A stretch of DNA of 16,614 nt, from contig JANRLX010000040.1 of assembly GCA_033762115.1 (NCBI GenBank), positions 1 through 16,614 of the forward strand. The letters are read 5' to 3'. The stretch is from Verrucomicrobiota bacterium (GTDB taxonomy: Bacteria > Verrucomicrobiota > Verrucomicrobiia > Limisphaerales > SXQI01). Shown piece by piece: positions 1 to 7,014 of this stretch (position 1 is its first letter; every line of letters starts with the position of its first letter). Under the pieces are notes generated by a model. It saw only the letters and a program-made list of their open reading frames with translations, was not told the DNA's origin and made no database searches. Made by a program: the position numbers and the translations under genes.

Positions 1-177
1 GATGGAAGCGCCCGCGGGAACCATCCCCATCGTGCTGCTCCATTCAAAAAGATTTTTTTTGCGCCGCGACGCCACTTCCACCAGGAGATTCTGGACGCGG
101 GACTCCTCTGAACTGACAATGTAGAGGATCGGGTAACGCGCCCGAATAAAGGTTTCAATTTCGCCCGCGAAACTCAT
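1..177 (-). CDS. AAA family ATPase, Ycf46-like (N-terminal 59 codons; continues beyond window start)
   Basis: Not in the ORF track. Manual translation from ATG at 177: MSFAGEIETFIRARYPILYIVSSEESRVQNLLVEVASRRKKNLFEWSSTMGMVPAGASI, open to position 1. IRARYPILYIVSxEExRV matches the N-terminus of Ycf46-type AAA ATPases as I recall it. Walker motifs are not within the window. Confidence 0.75.
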   Translation of the reverse strand, partial: MSFAGEIETFIRARYPILYIVSSEESRVQNLLVEVASRRKKNLFEWSSTMGMVPAGASI

Positions 178-263
178 CGAAAGGTTTTAATGCGTTTCCG
201 CCCTGCTGAACAGATTTTTGCGCCACCAGCCAACGCTCCGCCCCTGGTTCACGAAAAGGAAAG

Positions 264-293
264 TTGTCCAAATGAAGTCAGGTTGTGTAACGT
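264..293 (+). promoter_or_regulatory. Possible sigma70-type promoter for the ebo-like operon
   Basis: TTGTCC (264-269), 18-nt spacer, TAACGT (288-293), 16 nt before ATG 310, within a divergent intergenic region. Confidence 0.35.
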
Positions 294-309
294 CAAACCT
301 CCTGAATAT

Positions 310-576
310 ATGACGCGCCAGCAAATTTTGGATCTCTATTTCATGGACGCGCGCTGCAAGTTAATCGAGCTCGCGGCGTTCATGGACCGCGTGGAACGCT
401 CCGAGGGCAACGAGGATTTTCGCATGATCGCTTTTCGTAAAGCGCTGGAGGAGTTGAAAGCAAGCCCCCCGAATCGCGCCGAGCGGGTGCTTCTCGCCTT
501 GAGTGATCCGACTATTGAGCCGATTCCTGCCGCAACCACCAAGGCCGCCTGTGGCGCCTGGCCTGAAACCCGCTGA
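310..576 (+). CDS. Small hypothetical protein (88 aa), first gene of the ebo-like operon
   Basis: Internal ATG of track ORF 190..576: MTRQQILDLYFMDARCKLIELAAFMDRVER...AACGAWPETR. Amphipathic helical pattern; stop is 3 nt before the next ATG. The extension to 190 covers the divergent promoter region and is unlikely. Confidence 0.75.
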   Translation: MTRQQILDLYFMDARCKLIELAAFMDRVERSEGNEDFRMIAFRKALEELKASPPNRAERVLLALSDPTIEPIPAATTKAACGAWPETR

Positions 577-579
577 CCC

Positions 580-1395
580 ATGCGCTACATCGAACCACAC
601 GGGCACATGGTCAGCCGGACAACGGATGATTACCTGGACATGGCCACGGCAGGGTGCGAGGCGGTTTGCGAACCCGCTTTCTGGGCCGGTTTTGATCGCA
701 GTTCTGCGGATGGATTTTATGATTATTTTTGCCAGTTGACCGAGCATGAGCCAAAGCGTGCGGCAAAATTTGGCCTCCAGCATTATACCTGGCTCTGCAT
801 TAACCCCAAGGAATCAGAAAACGTCGCCCTCGCTGATGATGTTATCAGCCTCATTCCAAAATTTCTCGACAGGCCCAACGTCCTCGGGATCGGCGAAATC
901 GGCCTCAATAAAAATTCCCGCAATGAAATCAAGGTGCTGGAAAAGCATGTCGAACTGGCCGCGCGATTTAATCAACTGGTCCTCGTCCACACTCCCCACC
1001 TGGAAGACAAATTAAAGGGAACACGGCTGATCATGGATGTGATCCGGAATGAATCACGAATCCCGCCGGGGCGAGTTATTATCGACCATGTCGAGGAGCA
1101 CACCGTCAAGCTGGTCCTGGACCAGGGATTCTGGGCTGGCATGACCCTTTACCCGGAATCCAAATGCACACCCGCCCGTGCCATCGACATCCTGGAAATT
1201 TACGGCATGGAACGAATCTGGATGAACAGCGCCTGTGACTGGGGTGTGAGCGTTCCGCTGGCTGTTCCCCGCACCGCCCTGGAAATGCGCAAGCGTGGCC
1301 ATTCCCCGGAAATGATCGACCGGATGATTTACCAGAATCCCATTCGTTTCATGAGCCAGTCCCCCAATTTTAAATTGGTACCCTCTCATCCTTAA
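580..1395 (+). CDS. eboB: TatD-family metal-dependent hydrolase, EboB-like
   Basis: EPHGHMVSRTTDDY (HxH), EPAFW, LGIGEIGL, VLVHTPH, IIDHVEE and NSACDWG are amidohydrolase/TatD metal-ligand motifs. SRTTDDY and EPAFW are typical of EboB; the gene is adjacent to eboE. Confidence 0.85.
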   Translation: MRYIEPHGHMVSRTTDDYLDMATAGCEAVCEPAFWAGFDRSSADGFYDYFCQLTEHEPKRAAKFGLQHYTWLCINPKESENVALADDVISLIPKFLDRPNVLGIGEIGLNKNSRNEIKVLEKHVELAARFNQLVLVHTPHLEDKLKGTRLIMDVIRNESRIPPGRVIIDHVEEHTVKLVLDQGFWAGMTLYPESKCTPARAIDILEIYGMERIWMNSACDWGVSVPLAVPRTALEMRKRGHSPEMIDRMIYQNPIRFMSQSPNFKLVPSHP

Positions 1396-1399
1396 TCGC

Positions 1400-2566
1400 G
1401 TGCAACTTAAACAAGGCATTCACCTCGCTTATTGTACGAATATCCACCGCGGCGAGACATGGGCGCAAACTTTTGACACGCTCAAGCAATACGCTTTGGG
1501 AGTCCGCGACCAGGTTTCCTCGGGCAAACCGTACGCCATTGGCCTGCGCCTTGGAGACCAGACCTCCAGGGAATTGAGCGACCCGCAAACGTTGCTGGAA
1601 TTCAGACGCTGGCTGGACCGGGAGAACTGCTATGTTTTCACGATCAACGGTTTCCCTTACGGCCGCTTTCATGGGGGCCGGGTCAAGGAGCATGTTTACG
1701 AACCGGACTGGACCACCGTGGAGCGTGTCGAATACACGAAACGCTTATTTGATCTCCTGGTTGAAATCGCCCCGCCGGAAGTCGGCGGAAGTGTGAGCAC
1801 CGTCCCCTGTTCCTTCAAGCCTTTCATCAAAAATGAGTCGCAAATTGCCAGCATGCGCCGAAATCTCTGGCTCGCTGTCGAGCACATTGCTGCATTGTGT
1901 GAAAAGACGGGGCGCGATCTCCATCTGGGCCTGGAACCGGAACCGCTCTGCTTTTTGGAAACAAGCGACGAAACCGTCGATTTTATTAATTCACTTCGGG
2001 AGGAACATCCGAATGATCCCCGGCTGCCGCAGCGCCTCGGCGTGAATTACGATGCCTGCCATTTGGCGGTGGAATATGAATCGCCGCAGGACGCCATCGG
2101 AAATTTCCTGCGAAATAATATCCGGATCAGCAAATTGCATTTCAGCTCCGCCTTAAAAGTGCGGCCCACGCTGGAAGCCCGCGCTGCATTGCGCCACTTT
2201 GTCGAACCAGTCTATTTTCACCAGGTCATCGCCCGAAAAGCTGATGGATCAATCGAACGTTTCATCGACCTGGACATCGCTCTGGATGCCACGAGCGAGC
2301 CTCCATTGCCCGCGGAAGAATGGCGGGTTCATTTCCATGTTCCATTGCATTGCCAGCCGGGCGCTCCTTTCGAAACCACCTCTGATCATATTCAGGGAGT
2401 GCTGGACATCCTCGCCGCGCAGCCATCTCTCTGCTCCCATATTGAAATGGAAACTTATACCTGGGAGGTTTTGCCCGGTGACCTGAAAAAGCGAAATGTC
2501 GTCCATCAACTGGTTGCCGAGTATCGCTGGACTCTTGCGCAAGTCGCCAGCCGCGGGCTTGTCTAG
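1400..2566 (+). CDS. eboE: Metabolite traffic protein EboE (xylose-isomerase-like TIM barrel)
   Basis: GTG start. LAYCTNIHRGETW, IGLRL, FTINGFPYGRFH...VKEHVYEPDW, LGLEPEP, YDACHLAVEYE, WRVHFHVPL and HIEMETYTW are characteristic EboE motifs. Confidence 0.9.
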   Translation: MQLKQGIHLAYCTNIHRGETWAQTFDTLKQYALGVRDQVSSGKPYAIGLRLGDQTSRELSDPQTLLEFRRWLDRENCYVFTINGFPYGRFHGGRVKEHVYEPDWTTVERVEYTKRLFDLLVEIAPPEVGGSVSTVPCSFKPFIKNESQIASMRRNLWLAVEHIAALCEKTGRDLHLGLEPEPLCFLETSDETVDFINSLREEHPNDPRLPQRLGVNYDACHLAVEYESPQDAIGNFLRNNIRISKLHFSSALKVRPTLEARAALRHFVEPVYFHQVIARKADGSIERFIDLDIALDATSEPPLPAEEWRVHFHVPLHCQPGAPFETTSDHIQGVLDILAAQPSLCSHIEMETYTWEVLPGDLKKRNVVHQLVAEYRWTLAQVASRGLV

Positions 2567-2578
2567 AGGTTTCTTCTT

Positions 2579-2606
2579 TTGACAATCGCCGTGAAGTGAT
2601 TACTTT
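2579..2606 (+). promoter_or_regulatory. Sigma70-type promoter of the surface protein gene
   Basis: Perfect -35 TTGACA (2579-2584), 16-nt spacer, -10 TACTTT (2601-2606), in the 72-nt gap after eboE. Confidence 0.55.
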
Positions 2607-2609
2607 CCC

Positions 2610-2630
2610 ATTTCGCGCTAAAGGCGAAAT
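2610..2630. promoter_or_regulatory. Inverted repeat ATTTCGC-N7-GCGAAAT (operator or 5' hairpin)
   Basis: Perfect 7-bp arms at 2610-2616 and 2624-2630, between the -10 box and ATG 2639. Confidence 0.4.
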
Positions 2631-2638
2631 AAATTTGT

Positions 2639-5600
2639 ATGAATCCATTTCACCAGGGCATTTGCACGTTCCGGCGGTTTTCCTTTTTTTTTTTGAGTTT
2701 GATGCTGGCCGTGTCCACCTTCGGCCAGGGCAATAACACAAATTACCTCTTTTTTCCCACTTCCATTTCCACCAATGAAGGCGCGGGTTCAATCCAGTTT
2801 TTTGTTCGCCGCACGACCGGCACCAACAGTGCCAATTCCATTCAACTGGAAGTTCGTTCAAGCACCAATGGTGTGCTGGTTGGGTTTACCAACATCCTGG
2901 AATTCCAGGAGGGGGAACTGGAACGAGCAATCGAAATTCCTCTCATTGACAACGATGTCACCGAACCAGATCAGCTGCTGACTTTTACATTGCGCGGCGT
3001 CAATGGAACCACTCCCACACCTCAGGGTCGCACCCTGCAACTTCGTATCATTAACGATGATGCCAAGGATGCGATCCTTACCTTCGATCCCCGGAATTTT
3101 TCTGTCCTCGAAAACCAGGGCACTTTCGGCATTCAGGTCGTCCGAACGGGCCGCACCAATATTCTATCGACCGTCGACCTGATCATCGCACGAAACTTTT
3201 CCAGCTCTCAGATCCAGGCCCAGACGAACTCCCTGGTGTTCGCGCCCGGTGAAACCAATTTAATAGCCACTTTCGACGTCCAGGATAATTTCTCACCGGC
3301 GAATTCCTTACCTTTCTCCTACTCCCTCAAGAACCCCTCGGCAGGGACGATCCTGACGAACGCCACAGGAACAATCACTTTGCTCAATGATGATGCCTCC
3401 CTTGCCATCCCAGGCACCATCACTCTGCCAGCCGGGATTTCAGAATTGGAACTCAGCATCGGGCGCTCCTTTGGCCTCGATGTGACACATGAAATCAATT
3501 ACCAAACTTACGGGGTGACCGCAGGCGCTGGCGTTGATTTCATTTCAACAAACGGCACATTGCGATTTGAGCCAGGTGAAACCTCCAAAAGCCTGACACT
3601 CAATTTCCTTGAAAACAGTCCCGATGATAAAATTCGCTCCCTGGCGCTTCTCTGGTCCGGTGCCTCTTCGAACGCACTCCCTTCCACCTTGATCACCCGG
3701 ATTCATCTAATCACAGGAACCAATGCGGGAAACAGCGGCATTCAGACCAATTTTTTGGCAGGAACCAATGCAGTCAAGGTCCTGGCTCTGGCGGTGCAAC
3801 CCGATGGCAAGCTCCTGGTCGGTGGTGGGTTCACCAATTTTCAAAACAACGCGGTCACAAATATCGCCCGATTAAACCTCGATGGCACCATCGACACCGC
3901 CTTCACTACCACGGTCAACGTCAAATCCGTCATCAACGCAATTGCTGTGACCAGTTCCAACACCATCTGGATCGGCGGGACATTCACCAATGTCAATGGA
4001 ACCGGTCAGCGCTATTTTGCTCAATTGGAAGCGGATGGCTCCTTGTCAGAGAACCAGCCATTGATTCTCACAAACGGAACCGCCGTTTCCGGTTTTCTTC
4101 CCGGTGAAGAGGATTTTTACGTGTGGGGTCTTTTCAAAGAGGCCAATTCCATTCCAGCAACCAACCTCATCCGAATTTTGCCGGGGGCGGTTTTAGACAC
4201 GAATTTTTCAAATTCGAAACCGAGCGCTTTTACCACCGTCCAGAGGCAGGGCACAAACCTCATCGTTATGAACGGCTCCACCGTCTCCAGGTTATTGCCG
4301 GATGGCTCTGCTGATTCATCCTTCCTTGACCACTCCGGCTCGGGGTTATGGATCCTGGGGGATCTTTCCTTGCTCCACACCGGTTCCATTCGTCAATTTT
4401 CTTCAGGCTATCAGGACACCTCGTTCTCAATGGAAAATTATACCCCGGCCGCACGCCTGCGTGACGGCAGGATCATCGCTTTCTCAAAAAAATTCGGGAC
4501 CTCTGGTTATACAGAAGTGGTCCTGCTCTTTGCGGATGGCTCGCTGGACTCATCATTCGCTCCAGTCATTTTAAATAATTCCGTTCAGACCATCAGCCAG
4601 ATGGGAGACCTGCTTTACCTGGGGGGAGATTTCACCCTCGTGGAGGGGGAGCAAAGAACCGGCATTGCATTGGTTACAATCGAACCTTCCACCGGACCAG
4701 CGGAAGTCCATTTCAATGGAACACGTTTTTCCGTCGAAGAACGGGAGGGCGGTCTGGTTCCTCTGTTCCGAACTGGCAATACCAACGATGTTATCGAAAT
4801 CACGATCAATGCGGTTCTGGAATCGGCAGCAGAGAATGACCTCGCGGGCACAAATTTCATGATCACTTTTGCACCCGGGCAGGTGGAGGCGTTATTGCCG
4901 CTTCCCTTGACCAACGATTCCGATCCTGAGGAGGATGAACAGTTTCAATTGAGCATTGAGACCGTCTCTGGCGCATCCATCGGTGTCAATTCCAACGCAA
5001 CAATCACCATTATCAGTGATGAAGGTTTTATTGAGTTTACCACCAACCGTATTTCCGTGCTGGAGGGGATCATGGATTTCGCCTTACCAATCGTGCGGAA
5101 GGGAGCTTTGCCATATCCCCTGACTGCTGACTTGCATCTGGATTTAGGCACCAATCTCACCACCAACGAAATTGCCATTGGACAGCCGCTAATGGGTCCT
5201 TTCCAAATCCGCTTCCTCGACGACTCGGAAGTCGAACCTTTGGAATCGTTGACTGTGACATTGACGAACCTTTCTACCAATTTGTTTCTCCGTCCAGGCG
5301 GGGAGACATTGTTCGTGGAACTGGAAAGTAACGATTTCACCGATTTTCCAGGGGAAAGTTTTCGCTTTTCTCCGTTATTTCCTCAGTCCCCCACTTTTGC
5401 CGCAGTGAATCCGTTGCCGGACAACGCTCACTTTAACTTCTCTGCTCCGGATCGAAACGGACTCCCAACAACCAACACAACCCTGCTCTCGGACGGCAGC
5501 TTAAGTGGCGAAATCCTTCCTGAGCACCTGGCTGGTTATTTTCCGGGTCGGGTCCTTCCGGATAAAAAGGTAATTTGGATAAAATATTCTTCTGAGTCAC

Positions 5601-6652
5601 CCGACAGATATACCATTCGTCCAATTCGGACCTCCGCTGATTATCAATTGGACCTCTCCTATCCAACAAACCTTGTTTTCACCAACGTACATTCCTGGAA
5701 CGTCTCTCCTTTGGGTATTCTCACTGTCTTTGAAAGCAAATCTTTCGGCTCACGTTCAAACCTGACTCATGTTGTTTCCAGCAATGGAACGACTCGTCAA
5801 TTTGAAGGGGGGTTTAGCAATAATACAGGAATAAGGATGACGTCCCAATCAGACGGGAAAATCATTGTAGCCCCTGATCCTTTATCCAGTCTTAAATCAG
5901 TGACCCGTTATCTGACCAACGGCGCTGTCGACCGGACATTCCAACCGAACATTCGAGCCCTCGCTTCCGGAAGTTCCTCACTGCTTTACACATCTCTGCT
6001 CATGCTCCCGGATGATCGTTTTTACATTCTGGGAAATTTCGACAACGTAGCTGGTCAACCGCGCCCAGGGTTCGCCCGGTTTTTGCCCGATGGGCAACTG
6101 GATACCTCCTTTAATCCACAACTGCCTCTGACAATCCTCGGAACCAACCAATCCCTTCATCTGGAGTATCTTTTTCCAGATGGCAAACTGCTTATGCGTT
6201 TGGGTCCACATGGCGGCTTGTTTTCTGATACGACCAATCTGCTTTTCCGGTCAAATTCTGACGGCTCGGTTGATCCATCCTGGAATACCAATCTTTGGAC
6301 ATTGAACAGTGTCATCTATGTCGCCCAATTGAAGAGCGGTATTTTAGCGCTTTCCGGTTGGTTCACCCAAATTCGGGGTGAATGGCGGGCTGGTTTTGCT
6401 TTGCTGGACCCCAATGGAAATCTCCTTCCCGAGGTGCCGCTCATCGTTCGGAACACGGAATATAACGGCTCAGAAATCATCCTTCAGATCGATTCCAGGA
6501 CCAACGGTGAGATCATTGTTGAGGCAACAGAAAACCTTGAGGAATGGTTTCCCATCCAAACCAACTCTGTGCCATTTGGTTCCAGCAGCATCACGGTGCC
6601 GCAACAACCCGATAGGCACCAGGTGTTAAGACTGCGGCGACCAGATCAGTAA
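2639..6652 (+). CDS. Large secreted/surface protein with Calx-beta domains and delta-60 (DUF5122-like) beta-propeller repeats
   Basis: Signal peptide (RRFSFFFLSLMLAVSTFG). About five Calx-beta-like units (LEFQEGELERAIEIPLIDND, LVFAPGETN, LRFEPGETSKSLTL, ITFAPGQVEALLPLPLTND, IRFLDDSEVEPLES). Delta-60-type repeats (VLALAVQPDGKLLVGGGF...IARLNLDGTIDTAF; FARFLPDGQLDTSF) occur in two blocks. Confidence 0.9.
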   Translation: MNPFHQGICTFRRFSFFFLSLMLAVSTFGQGNNTNYLFFPTSISTNEGAGSIQFFVRRTTGTNSANSIQLEVRSSTNGVLVGFTNILEFQEGELERAIEIPLIDNDVTEPDQLLTFTLRGVNGTTPTPQGRTLQLRIINDDAKDAILTFDPRNFSVLENQGTFGIQVVRTGRTNILSTVDLIIARNFSSSQIQAQTNSLVFAPGETNLIATFDVQDNFSPANSLPFSYSLKNPSAGTILTNATGTITLLNDDASLAIPGTITLPAGISELELSIGRSFGLDVTHEINYQTYGVTAGAGVDFISTNGTLRFEPGETSKSLTLNFLENSPDDKIRSLALLWSGASSNALPSTLITRIHLITGTNAGNSGIQTNFLAGTNAVKVLALAVQPDGKLLVGGGFTNFQNNAVTNIARLNLDGTIDTAFTTTVNVKSVINAIAVTSSNTIWIGGTFTNVNGTGQRYFAQLEADGSLSENQPLILTNGTAVSGFLPGEEDFYVWGLFKEANSIPATNLIRILPGAVLDTNFSNSKPSAFTTVQRQGTNLIVMNGSTVSRLLPDGSADSSFLDHSGSGLWILGDLSLLHTGSIRQFSSGYQDTSFSMENYTPAARLRDGRIIAFSKKFGTSGYTEVVLLFADGSLDSSFAPVILNNSVQTISQMGDLLYLGGDFTLVEGEQRTGIALVTIEPSTGPAEVHFNGTRFSVEEREGGLVPLFRTGNTNDVIEITINAVLESAAENDLAGTNFMITFAPGQVEALLPLPLTNDSDPEEDEQFQLSIETVSGASIGVNSNATITIISDEGFIEFTTNRISVLEGIMDFALPIVRKGALPYPLTADLHLDLGTNLTTNEIAIGQPLMGPFQIRFLDDSEVEPLESLTVTLTNLSTNLFLRPGGETLFVELESNDFTDFPGESFRFSPLFPQSPTFAAVNPLPDNAHFNFSAPDRNGLPTTNTTLLSDGSLSGEILPEHLAGYFPGRVLPDKKVIWIKYSSESPDRYTIRPIRTSADYQLDLSYPTNLVFTNVHSWNVSPLGILTVFESKSFGSRSNLTHVVSSNGTTRQFEGGFSNNTGIRMTSQSDGKIIVAPDPLSSLKSVTRYLTNGAVDRTFQPNIRALASGSSSLLYTSLLMLPDDRFYILGNFDNVAGQPRPGFARFLPDGQLDTSFNPQLPLTILGTNQSLHLEYLFPDGKLLMRLGPHGGLFSDTTNLLFRSNSDGSVDPSWNTNLWTLNSVIYVAQLKSGILALSGWFTQIRGEWRAGFALLDPNGNLLPEVPLIVRNTEYNGSEIILQIDSRTNGEIIVEATENLEEWFPIQTNSVPFGSSSITVPQQPDRHQVLRLRRPDQ
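2684..2694 (+). repeat. T11 homopolymer within the signal-peptide coding region
   Basis: TCC TTT TTT TTT TTG; 11 consecutive T, the longest homopolymer I saw in the window. Confidence 0.9.
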
Positions 6653-6694
6653 TCCTTCCGCAGACCAAAACGCCTCGATCCGGCCGGAATTGAT

Positions 6695-6922
6695 TTACTG
6701 CGGGTGAATTGATTGTAGGGTTTCCGATTGCAACGGCCGGACCTCGAATTGCATCAGGTAATTCCGGGACTGGGTATTGGTGATTTTGGAATCAGCTTCC
6801 TTGCTCCGCAGCCATACCTTCAGCTCCTCGACCGTTCGCCGCAAATAATCCACCGTCTGGCGTGAACCATCCACACTCTTTCGTAATTGTTCCAGTTGCC
6901 CTTCCATTGGAACAAGGATCAT
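6695..6922 (-). CDS. Small hypothetical protein, coiled-coil-like (70-77 aa; start uncertain: 6907, 6922 or 6928)
   Basis: Fills the gap between convergent genes. Heptad-like LEQLRKSVDGSRQTVDYLRRTVEELKVWL; purine-rich AGGTGAAGG about 9 nt upstream of ATG 6922. No family recognised. Confidence 0.45.
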   Translation of the reverse strand: MILVPMEGQLEQLRKSVDGSRQTVDYLRRTVEELKVWLRSKEADSKITNTQSRNYLMQFEVRPLQSETLQSIHPQ

Positions 6923-6962
6923 AGGCAAAAACCTTCACCTGCCTAGTGAGGAAAAATACGGA

Positions 6963-6999
6963 CGGGGATTTCTCTTTTAGAATCATAAGGGAAACCCCG
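6963..6999 (-). terminator. Imperfect stem-loop downstream of the SpeE-like gene; possible terminator
   Basis: Plus strand CGGGG-A-TTTCTCTT-N10-AAGGGAAA-CCCCG. On the minus strand it starts 15 nt after the stop and is followed by TCCGTATTTTT. Confidence 0.4.
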
Positions 7000-7014
7000 A
7001 TGGCTCTTCGGGCC

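Noticed and set aside
159..172. TTTCGC-CC-GCGAAA palindrome resembling the arms at 2610-2630
   Set aside because: It lies inside the AAA ATPase coding sequence and has a different spacer (2 versus 7), so it is likely coincidental.
190..309. 40-aa N-terminal extension of the small ebo-linked ORF
   Set aside because: It occupies the divergent promoter region and is Pro-rich and unstructured; ATG 310 fits better.
2666..2695. Twin-arginine (Tat) signal in the surface protein (TFRRFSFF)
   Set aside because: Poor match to S/T-R-R-x-F-L-K; an ordinary Sec n-region explains it.
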